Shown here: positions 12,764 to 23,865 of the stretch, one piece after another
How the letters are laid out: each line of letters begins with the position of its first letter
Numbering within the stretch: the stretch's first letter is position 1
DNA from: Cycas panzhihuaensis
Taxonomy: Eukaryota > Plantae > Cycadophyta
Reading direction: 5' to 3'
Assembly (NCBI GenBank): GCA_023213395.1
Contig: CM041465.1
Coordinates: forward strand, 76,639,741 to 76,703,740
DNA: 64,000 bases
Notes under the pieces: model-generated
Database searches by the model: none
What the model was told of the DNA's origin: nothing
The model's input: only the letters and a program-made list of their open reading frames with translations
Program-made: the position numbers and the translations under genes

Positions 12764-14930
12764 ATGAAACTTGCCTCCTGGAATATTCGGGGCATAAATG
12801 CCCCGTCAAAATATAGAATGGTTAGAGATTTTCGTGTCACCGATCCGATATCATGTTACTTCAGGAAACTAAATTAGAAGCAGTCAATAGAGAAAATATT
12901 AAGAACAAAGTATGGAGGGGAGCGAATATGATTGCTATGGATGGGCATACGGGTTTAGGCGGTTTAGCCATCATGTGGAACCCCAGAGCCTAGGAGGGAG
13001 AGGCCTGGTTATCTGAGGAACACTTTATATCATGTTGGATGACCAGTAGGAAATCAAACCTTATATGGCTGGTCTCGAATGTGTATGCTCCCCTTATGCA
13101 GGAAGGGAGGAAATGTTTGTAAGATGTGATGTTGGAAGCCCACAAAGATTGAGGGACCTTGGTTGATACCGGAGATTTCAATACGGCCTTGTCTCCAAGA
13201 GAAGAAAGGCCAAGGAGGTTAGATGAAGAGGATGGAGGACCTAGGGGATTTCATGCAGAAAGGGGGGTATGATGGACGTCTTCCTTAGGGTCTAAAGTTT
13301 ATCTAGTCCAATTGAAGGCTGGGAGCTCATCATATTCAGGTCAAACTAGATAGAGTGCTAATAAATTATGCTTGGGCTAGTCAGTATAGCAATATTACTT
13401 TAGAAGCCATGCCAAAAACGATCTCGGATCCTTCCCTGTTGGTGTTGGGGTTTGCCGACAACAAAAGAAATATGGGAGCCCCTTTCTGCTTTGAGCTTAT
13501 GTGGACTAAGGAACCAAGACTTCGTGAGTTGATTAAAGACTGGTAGACGATCCCAGTTGAAGGTTGCGCGATGTTAAGGTTCTCCAAAAAGTTGAACTGT
13601 GTGAAACGTCAGGTTAAAGATTGGAATAAGAGTTCCCATGGGAATATTTTTGGAATAAGAACCGCATCTTAGGGAACTCAAAAATTTGGAGACAAAAACT
13701 AGGAGAAAGGGAGATCTCAATCTTTAGACCAAAGTGAGAGAAGCCTTCTCCTTAAGATAGAAGGAATCCTGTTAAAGGAGGAAATCCACTGGAGGCAAAA
13801 TTCTAGGACCCTATGGCTGGCCGAGGAGGATAGAAATACGAAATTTTTCCATATGATTACGCTGAAACATAGAACCCACAACCAAATTAAGGCTTTGGTG
13901 AACAGGGATGGTAAGGAAATCTCGAATCAGAAAGGTATAAAAGAAGTGGCAGTGGAATACTTCAAGGTTATATTTAATGAACTGTGGTGCCTTGATGTGG
14001 GGGCCAGGAGGGAACTATTAGATCCGATCCCTAAGATTGTAGGAGAAGAGATGAATAGAGTTCTAGAAGCCCCTTTTTCTCAATGGAAGAGGTGAAAAGA
14101 GTTGTTTTCGGTATGAAGAGGGAGAAAGCTCATGGTCCAAATGGCTTCCCTCTTGATTTTCTCCAGGAATATTGGGACATCATAAAGGAAGATCTCTTAA
14201 AGGCCATTACAGAATTTCATGAGAACGGTAAGATTCACGGGGAATGGCAGACTATCTTCTTGGTTCTAATTTTGAAGAAGGGAGATATGAAAAGGATGGA
14301 GGATTTCAGACCCATTAGTCTGTATAATGTGAAGTACAAAATTTTGTCCAAGATCCTGGCTAATAGGCTCAAGAGTATCCCCCCTCTGATCATATCGCCT
14401 AGTGAGGATGGCTTTGTCAAAGGTAGGTAGATTTTGGATGGGATAATTGTGGTCCATGAAACTGTCCATTCGACATCCTAGAAGAAAAAGCATGTGATGG
14501 TAATTAAAATTGACCTTTCCAAGTCCTATGAGAGGGTTTCGTGGGATTGCTTGATAGATCAGATTAGAGCCTTTGGCTTTGGTGATCGTTAGGGGAATTA
14601 GATAAATAGTTGTATTCAAAGCCAAAATTCTGTGATTGTCAACGGTACCTCAACAATTTTTTTCCGTGCTTTAAAGGTTTGAGGCAAGGGATCCCTTGCG
14701 TGCTTGTTCATCATTACGGTTGAATTGATGGGAAGGTCTATGGAGGAGGCAAGGAAAAATGGGAAGATTTCGAGTTTAAAGCCTACTTCGGGGGCGGATA
14801 ATGTTGTTCATCATCATTTTGTGGATGATAATATTTTATTGGGTAGGGCTACTATTGCAGAAGCCAAAGCTATAAAGAACGAGTTTGAAAGGTTTGAGAC
14901 GACGACAAATCATGAGATAAACCTTAACAA
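12764..14930 (+). pseudogene. L1 ORF2 5' part (AP endonuclease and reverse transcriptase)
   Basis: MKLASWNIRG, GDFN, KLDRVLIN, SDP, WRQNSRTLWLAEEDRNTKFFH, KAHGPNGF, DFRPISL, KIDLSKSY, HFVDD. Confidence 0.95.
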
Positions 14931-15471
14931 TGAAAGCAATGGAAATGACACAAGTGCTAGGATCTATTGAAGAATAGGATAGGACATCATAACAAGAAGG
15001 ACAAAGCTTTAAATTAATAGAAATGAAGAGTACATAACATCAAGATAATAGGGAGGAGATTCCTTTACCACTCAACTTATTATGCAAACAAAATAAGGAG
15101 GAGAATTGATCTACAACTCTTCCTACAAGAGAAGCTACAACAACATAACACTGACTACAATACCTTCATGATACAAAACAAGGAAAGTAGAACTCCTTAT
15201 AAAGGAGATTCAGGATCTAGACACGTCATTGATCAAGAATACAAGACAAGTCTGATTAGAACTCTACTTTCCTCAAGGATAAAGATGGTTACAAGAAGAA
15301 CCATCCAAAGTTGACTTTCCACTAAGCACATGTGGAAAACCCACAAAAGACAAAAGACAAAAGACAACTTTCTAATCAAATAAATGATCACTTTAGCATA
15401 AAGGCCTGAAGTGACAAAAATACTAATGTCCATGGTCAAGACGTAATGCTTAGGACATGAAGGTTTTAGCA
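14931..15471 (-). repeat. 3' LTR of the minus-strand copia
   Basis: Direct repeat of 21023-21565, adjacent to the PPT. Confidence 0.92.
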
Positions 15472-16215
15472 CCCCCTCCTGAATGGATATAGCATTAAGT
15501 CAAATGTCGAGGCCGTTTCTAAAATGCTCAAACTTTTCTTTGCCAAAGTTGGTGAAGATGTCGACTTTGATCGATTGAAATCTACCAGAAGGTTGATCCA
15601 GATGTACCTCCTTAGTTGAATCACTAATGACGTTGTGGACATTCATTTGGGACGATGGCCACTTGCATTGTGCAACTAAGGCCATTACATCATCCATGGC
15701 ACCAACCTACCACTTATCATCTATACGAGCCTCCTTAAAAGTGGAAGGCTCATAAATACGAAGCATTTTAGCCATAAGTGCATAGTTTATAGTGGTTGGT
15801 TGCCATATTTTGGATGGATGCTTGTCTTCAACAATCTGCGAATCTGCAATAACTGATATACCAATTAAGCAACTTCTTCATCGATGTTACTTTATGGTCA
15901 TGTGATGGAGGTGATTGTTGAACCTCTGAAGAAGAAGGACTCAGTGAAGGAACTAAGGAAGATGAAGAGGAAGAAGAAGCAACAGGTGTTGATGAAGGAC
16001 AAGGTATTGAAGAAGTTAAGGGAACAGATTCCTCAACAATTGCTTTGCCTTTGTCAAGAGAGGAAGGGATTGAACTCGATCTCCCGATTGTCTTCTGCAA
16101 AGATGACGTCTCATGAAATGTGCATCTTTTTACTAATTGGATCAAACAAACGATATGCTTTGCTGCCAGGAGCATATCTTACAAAGATGCATTTAAGACT
16201 TTTGTCATCAAATTT

Positions 16216-16770
16216 TCATCTTTGCTCTTGGGGAACATTCATATAGGTCATGCATCCAAATGTACGTAAGTGACTGACCGTTGGTTTCTGGCCAGTCCAG
16301 GCCTCCTCGGGTGTCATGCTCAAAAGTGTTGAAGTAGAGCTACGGTTTAACAAATACGCGGTAGTGATAAGTGCTTCTGCCCAATATGCCAAAGAGAGAC
16401 CTTTCGCATGCATCATAACTTTTGCTCTATTGACCAAGGTTCTATTCATACATTCTACCACACCATTTTGTTGCGATATATGGAGGTAAAATTGGTGTTT
16501 TATGTCATTCTGAACACAAAATTGATTGAAGTCCTTGGATGTATACTCACTACCATTATCAGATCTGAGTATCTTGATTTGCATGTCTATTTCATTTTCT
16601 ACAACAAGTTTAAATTGCTTAAACTTGTTCAATGCTTCTGACTTGTGCTTAAGAAAATAAACCCACACCTTATGTGAGTAATCATCAATCAAAGTCATGA
16701 AGAATGACGATCCTCCATAAAACTGAGTGGTCATGGGACCAAAAATGTCATAATGAATAAGTTGCAACAA
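16216..16770 (-). pseudogene. Copia integrase core (rve) fragment
   Basis: LIHYDIFGPM, LIDDYSHKVWVYFLK, ILRSDNGSEY, QQNGVVECMNRTL, YWAEAL.TAYLLNR. Confidence 0.95.
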
Positions 16771-19700
16771 TTGTTGTGCTCTCTAGGCCTTACCTTTCTG
16801 AAAAGGTTCACGATGTTACTTCTCCATAAGGCATGATTCGTAAAGGCAATTACCCCCTAAGATTTTGGGTAAAAGTCATAAACCATATTCTACCTGAACA
16901 TTTGTCTTATGCTATCCAAATTAAGATGTCCAAGTCATTTATGCTATAACTGTGTCTTATTTATAGAATGGGAGACAAACACATGAGATGATCCAAATAT
17001 CGCATATAATTTGTAGAGGCCACGATCTTCATGACCGATTGCAATTATCTAGTCCTCGTGTTCCTAATTATACATTTCCTATCTTTAAACAACATACCCA
17101 TATGTTATTTGTCAAGCTGACTAACAAAGAGTAAATTCTTGTGCATTCCAAGAACTAAGAAAACATTGTCGCTAGAAATGTAGAATGTTGATCAAGATGC
17201 AATTTGACCTACACCTGATATTTCAACAATGGCATTATCCCCAAATGTCATTGTTTCTCCTTGCGTTCTCTAAAATTTGATAATATTTCTGCATCGTCTG
17301 TCATGTGGCGTGATGCACAAGAGTCAATGATCCATGTGTTATCATTGGATCGCTTGTGTGCAAAAAAAAAGTTATATCACTTAGATCATGTTGAGTTGTG
17401 TGGCCTTGAAAGCCACTCTGTGTTGTCCTTCTTTGACGACCAGGACGACCACCTCGGAATGTACCTCGAGTTGGTCCTTGAAACTATTGCTGCCATTGAT
17501 TCTGTTGATGTTGATTATCTTGTTGTTGTGGTTGTCGCAAATCACTATGTTGTTTCCTGCATTCAGGATAAATGTGGCAAACTTTGCCACAGTAATAACA
17601 AATGACAGTCTTTGACTTCACATTAAGACTGTCAAATTTCATTTGAAAATTTTACTTGGGTTGAAATAGCTGCTTCAATTTAAACTTGGCTTAAAAAACA
17701 CTTGATGTGCTTGTCTCATATTGCCGCAAGTAGATTTATTTTTCCCAGAATAACAATGCTCTAACTCATTGAAAGTTAGAATGGATAGTGTGTCATTTCA
17801 TGAAATATCTGAGATGAAGCAGTTATACTCTTTAGGAAGAGCATGAATTGTCGTTATAACTAAATCTTCATTTGAGACCGGTTTACCAAGAGCTGTCAAC
17901 TTGTTACAGATAACTTTAACTGATGACAAATAAACTGTCATTGGAGCAACATACTTCAAACTAAACAATTTAGCTTTCTACAAAACAATTCTTGCATCAT
18001 CTCGACGTTCATACAGAGAAACAATTATATCACAAGCATCTTTAGATGTCAATGCAGATTCAATATTTTGATCGATATTATCACTAACAGACAGATGAAT
18101 AAAAGCAAGTGCGACTTCATCCTTTGCTTTAAAAGAAGCTAATGCAACTAGATCGAGGTAACAAATTTCATGGATTTGTTGGATCTAGAGTTAGTCGGGT
18201 TTGGCGATTACATCAAAACATAACTCCAGAACTCATTCATAATCAACAAATTCTTAACTTGCTTATTTCATGTAAGGCAATTCTCAGCACCTGTTAACTT
18301 GATTGTATTTGCATTAAGCATCTATGTCGCCATCTTGATTAATGTACCTGATGAAACATGGAGACTCTTGAGTTTACGCCGCTTAAGTTCTACTCAATAT
18401 CCAATGATGATCACAAGACACTCAAAATTGTGGACGGAAGGGAGGGCTTAGCTCGCGAGTTGTCCAACCTGATGACAAGATCAACGTTAGCCAAGTTATG
18501 GGTACTTGAGGCAGAGTAAGAACTTTTTTCGAGCCTCCCCACTTAATATTTTTAATAATTAAAAGTGGGTTAAATTTATGTTGAAATGAATGATTGTAGA
18601 TTTTTTCTGTTGTTGCAAACTTCGTCAAAGAACTTCAAAATTACAATGTAGTTGCATTGAATAACAATTTATGCAACTAAGTACAAAATTTAATCTCAAA
18701 GTGATATATTCAACAGCTATAAACAACAAATTTTAATGCATAAAACAAGCAAATAATGAAACAAGTCATCCACCACGAACACCTGGGATCGAAAAATGAT
18801 TTCTACACACCAGAAAATTGAAGTCTTTATTGATCGTTATTCCTTTTTTGTGTTTGAAGTTGAGTCTCACTGAAATTGGTCACCTTGCAGGGAGCCCAGT
18901 GAGCAAAAGTGTCTTAAATGGTATAATTTTAGGCTTAAAACAAGCCAAATAATGGTGATTAAATCACCAAAATACACTTGCAAAAGATATACAAGATAGT
19001 GTGATTAACACACTTTGTGAAATTCTTAAAAAGATGAAATTTAGAACACTTTGAGCCCAAATTTAATGATCTAAGTCACCTTGCAAGGAGCTTCGCGTCA
19101 TTAAAAACAAGAAAATTCTTACAAAAAAGTCATAAAAATCACTTAAAGATAGTGATTTTAACTTGAAATGCACTTGCAAATTTTTTTATATGTTAGTGTG
19201 ATTTACACACTAAAACAAGTGATAAATGAGGCTTTTTACAAAATGAAATAGAGATTAAAATAAAAATTATAAAGTTCAAAGGAAAAATTAAAAGGTGAAT
19301 ATGCTATGGTATATTCCAATTTTCATTTACCAAAGTTTAAAACTATGTAAGAGGATCAAAATTTCTTCGAATTTAACCATGTGGGCGGCGAACGAGAAAC
19401 CACTATGTAAACTGTGAGTCGAATCTACGAGCACCAGTTGATTTGCAGGGAGTCGCAGAACCACGGAGAAGCCGCATGGCTGCCACGTAGCAACAACTGG
19501 TGCAGGAGCCGCCAGAGGGAGCTGAACATAAATGTGTTACACAAAGATGCAGGTTACACCACACGAGAGCCAGATCTAAGAGTACAACAGTCGTAGAGCC
19601 ACGTAGGGACTAGCCGCCAGAGGTTGCTGAGTGTGGGAGCCGCACAGAAAGATAAGCCACATGAGATGTCACCTGAGGAGGTGTGCTCAGACGGAGCCAC

Positions 19701-21022
19701 GTAGGTCACGCATAGAGAAGCATGGACGGAGATAACCAGTTGGGTGTCGCACAAACACACAACCTGGAATAATATTTGGCCGCATTAACAAAGAGAGCAC
19801 CACAAATTTAGTCCACACAGGGGTCACATAGGTGCCACGCAAGACTAGCCACGTAAGTAGAAGCTACAGAGAGAGCCACGTGTGGCCTTTACGTTGGAGC
19901 AAGGAAATAGATTCCAAGCTTTCAAACCAACAACAGAAACCTAGGAGTAAGCTTATTGCCTTGGAGAATGACAATAAGGAGAATTGTCCTCTTTAGCAGC
20001 TTTTGAATTATTAAAATGGCGCTTTTTCGTGCACTCAGATCAATAGCTATCACAAGATTTGTATCTCGAAGAAATGGCATCATTAACCTTTCGACCCTTC
20101 TTCATGTGCATACATTCCTTTTTTCTATGTCTGAGAAACATTGTTTATAGCATCGGGTGCAACAACTCCTTCAGATAATCAAATGGAGGTAAGAGAACGC
20201 GCAGCCAATGTTCTTGCAAGTTTAATGAGAGGAGGCTACATAGATTTTTCTATTTCCTTTTTTTTCAGTCTTACAATGAAAAGCAAAGGAGAGTCACTTG
20301 GATAACCTCCTTTTTCCTCTTTTTTTAATCAAAGAGGAAGTAAGCCTACCATATTTTGGCTTCAAGAGGACTGTTTAACATAAATAGAGGCTCCACAAAA
20401 AGAAATTTAAAACAAAACCTTTTTAATGAAAATAATTTCAAATAAAAAACTTTTGTAAAATTTTTAATCCTCAACAATAACAATGAGGAAAATTTTAGAC
20501 AGCCATTTTTTCTCCTTTGTACTCTCCTTTTTTTTTTAAGCAACAAAATGCAAAATTATAAAAAATCTTGAAATAATTAGTAATTTCAAGAATTCTGCAT
20601 ACATAACACCTTCATACACATGAATGAGGCTCAAAGATCTTCATAAAGCAACAAATATCTCCTCAATAAGAGTTGTTTATACACTAAACTTTGCTAAAGT
20701 TGCAAAGATTCCAACACAACTTCATCTTGTAAAAGAACTAATGAAAATTTGTTCCCAATCATCTGCAAATCTTAATAACAAAAAATCCATTTTTCTTGCT
20801 TACCAATTAGGCTCCAAAACATAAGTATGCAAAACAATTTGCATAAAATTCTTTAAAAATTTTGCAAGCTTAAAGTGCAAAAGTTAGTCAATAACAAAAC
20901 TTGACAAGAAATTGATTCTTGCTCCAGTTGAATTGCCTTCATATGGTGAAGGTCGTCACCAAGCTTGGAGTGCAACAACGTCTTGAATCCGCTGCTTAAG
21001 AAGCCATACTCTAATATCAAAT

Positions 21023-21565
21023 TGAAAACAATGAAATGACACAGGTGTTAGGATCTGTTGAGGGAACAGGATAGAACATCATAACATGAAGGACAAAGCT
21101 TTAGATTAATGGAAATGAAGAGTACATAACATCAAGATAATAGGGAGGAGATTCCTCTACCACTCAACCTATTATGCAAACAAAGTAGGGAGAAGAATTG
21201 ATCTACACCTCTTCCTACAAGAGAAGCTACAGTAGCATAACACTGACTATAATACCTTGATGATACAAAATAAGGAAAGTAAGACTCCTTATAAAGGAGA
21301 TTCAATGATCAAGATCTAGATACATGTCATTGATCAAGAATACAAAACAAATATGATTAGAACTCTACTTTTCTCAAAGATAAGAATGGTGATAAATGGA
21401 GCCATCCAAAGTTGACTTTCCACTAAGTACATGTGAAAAGGCCACAAAAGACAAAAGACAATTTTATAATCAAATAAATGATCACTTTAGCATAAAGGCC
21501 TAAAGTGACAAAAATACTAATGTCCATGGTCAAGACTTAATGCTTAGTACATGAATGTTTTAACA
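21023..21565 (-). repeat. 5' LTR of the minus-strand copia
   Basis: Direct repeat of 14931-15471, adjacent to a decayed PBS. Confidence 0.92.
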
Positions 21566-23487
21566 AATAAGAGCAACATATTTTTCCTGAACACCATGGA
21601 GAAAACCCAAAGAGCTATAAGCAAGATTCTTGAAATGCCATCATGAAGCTCCCCACTCTTTTCCTCGGTATTTCGCTCTTTGTGGGCAGAATGGAGAAGG
21701 ATTTGTGGAACATGATTATTGATAGGGTGCAAAGGAAGCTAGCTGGCTGGAAGGGGGTTCTTCTCAGCCAAGCTGGCAAACTTCAATTACTGGCGGCCTC
21801 TCTTCAGAGCATCCCAACTTATATGATATCGTTGTTCAAATGCCCTGTGAAAGTTATAAATGTTTTAGAATCTATCTAGAAAAGGTTCATATGGTCTAGG
21901 GTAAAGGATAAGGACAGAATTCACTTAGTGGCCTGGGAGAAAGTCTGCCTCCCTAAATGTTAAAAACATTGCTTGCTTTAATAGGGCCTTGGTGGCTAAG
22001 CTGGGCTTGAGATTATTCAGGGAGAAAAAAAGCTTGTGGTGTAAAATTGTGGCCCAGAAATACCTTAGGGATAAGCAATCTCTGAATGATGATCTCTCAG
22101 GCAAGTTAGGCTCTACGATCTTGAGTAGTCTAACCTACACAAGAAAGATGTTTGCGTCAGGAGTTCAATGGTGTCTAGGGGATGGGGAGGTGATTAACTT
22201 TTGGGGGGATGTTTGCATGCATAACACCAAATAAAGAAGAGACCAGTTATTGGGTCCGTCCAAGATACTTATGAATATTTATATGGTAGGAAAGTCAAGG
22301 ATTACTGGATGATCCGCAAGGATTCAAAGAATTTGATGCGCTTTGATGATATCCCCCCTGAAAGAGCCGGTGAAGAGCAAATTAAGGCCCTTAGGTGTGA
22401 ACTTGCCAAAAGCTATATCCCCAGATTCCCCAAGGCAAACTCCCTAGTTTGGCCTCTATCTCCTTCTGGGGAGTATTCAGTGAAATCTGACTATTTGTTC
22501 CTGATCTCAAAAAAAGGAATACCTGAAAACAAGATGTTAGGGGGAGTTTCGAAAATGGGCCTAATCCCTAAGGTCGCCATCTTTTGGTTGTTATGCCTTA
22601 AGAATAAAATGTTAACCTTGGATAATCCAAGGAAAAGAGGATTCTCCATGGTGAACAGATGTATCTTGTGCCGGAAAGAGGAGTCGTTCGTTGATCATAT
22701 CCTGCTGCATTGCTCTTACTCCAAGGAGGTGTGGAAGTTGTTGTGGAACACCTTTGGAGTAGATTGGGTATCCCCTGGTACCATGAAGGATTTAGCTGCC
22801 TCATGGAACTGTCCCTTCAGATGCAGAACTCTAAGGTTTCTGTGGATAACATCATTACCTATGTTGATGTGGACTCTTTAGAAAAAGAGGAATAGGAGAA
22901 TCTTTCAAGAGAACCATATGGATGGATCTAAGTTTTTTGGGTTAACTTTCACAACTCTAAAAGAGGCATTGAAGGAAGAGGAAGAAAACTTTATACCCTT
23001 TGAGGAAAGGAAGATCCTGGAGGAGTGGGGTATCAGGAATTGCAAGATGAACATGAAACCAAAAAGGCAAAGTAGATGGCATCCCCCTCCTGAGGGTTGG
23101 ATCAAAATTAACTTTGATGGTATGGCAAAAGGCAACCCTGGTGAAGCAAGGGGTGGTGGGGTCTACAGAAATGCTGAAGGGAAGGCGATTTGGGCCTTTG
23201 TTGAATATTATGGGTCTCAAACTAATCATTGTGCTAAGTTGGAAGTGATGTATAAAGCCATGTAAATGATATCCTTGGAGGGGCATGATAAAGTGATTTT
23301 GGAAGGGGATTTGTTGAATGCGATAAAATTAATTAGAGGGGAAGCAGATTCAGACTGGAGGTTCAGAGCTATGATAAATGATGCGAGAGAGTCTCCCCAT
23401 AGGAGAGCAAATGTTCAGGTAAGGCATACATACAGGGAAGGAAATGGGGTGGCGAATAGTCTAGCTAACTGGGGGATCCAATTTTAA
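21566..23487 (+). pseudogene. L1 ORF2 3' part (RT thumb, zf-RVT, RNase H)
   Basis: The reading resumes ...HEINL|NKSNIFF across the copia insertion. Motifs LAGWKG.LLSQAGKLQL, CILCRKEES..DHILLHC, WHPPPEGWIKINFDG..KGNPG, LEGD and HTYREGNGVANSLA follow. Confidence 0.93.
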
Positions 23488-23577
23488 AGAAATGAGGCTT
23501 GGAGGGATTTGATACTTGAGAGATTATGGATCTGGTTAGGAAAGATTTGGAGGGTACCAAGTCTTGTAGGTCTCTTG

Positions 23578-23700
23578 AGCTAGCCACTGGGCTTGTCATG
23601 GCAAATAGGCAGTCTTGATTTGTTTAGCTAGCCATTGGGCTTGTTGTGGCAGATAGGCAGTCTTGATTTGTTTAGCTAGCCACTGGGCTTGTCGTGGCAG
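23578..23700 (+). repeat. 48-bp tandem repeat (about 2.5 copies) in the L1 3' UTR
   Basis: AGCTAGCCAYTGGGCTTGT... starts at 23578, 23626 and 23674, with a degenerate copy near 23738. Confidence 0.9.
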
Positions 23701-23865
23701 GGTTGGTCTAGTAGTTTGTTTAGGATTAGTTATTTGAAGCTAGGTCGTGGGCTTGTCACGATAGATCTAAGTGGCCAACTGGGCAGATTTTGTAAAGGGG
23801 TTGGGGCCTCCTTTTAAATCCCCACATTTATTTAAACCTTACCAAAAAAAAACGAGAATGAAACA

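Larger units (their letters stand above)
14931..21565 (-). mobile_element. Ty1/copia LTR element with internal RT-RNase H deletion, inserted in L1 ORF2
   Basis: Paired LTRs 14931-15471 and 21023-21565 (TG...CA) with TSD AACAA/AATAA. PPT AGGAGGGGG on the minus strand next to 15471 and a decayed iMet PBS at about 21008-21019. Gag near 18330-17600, protease WIIDSCASRHMT near 17300-17335, integrase ORF 16216-16770. Confidence 0.93.
10846..23850 (+). mobile_element. Full-length plant L1 LINE with RNase H, interrupted by a copia at 14931-21565
   Basis: TSD AACAAGAATGAAACA (10831-10845) and AACGAGAATGAAACA (23851-23865), with a poly(A) just before the right copy. ORF1 and ORF2 motifs are in the expected order. 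Confidence 0.93.
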
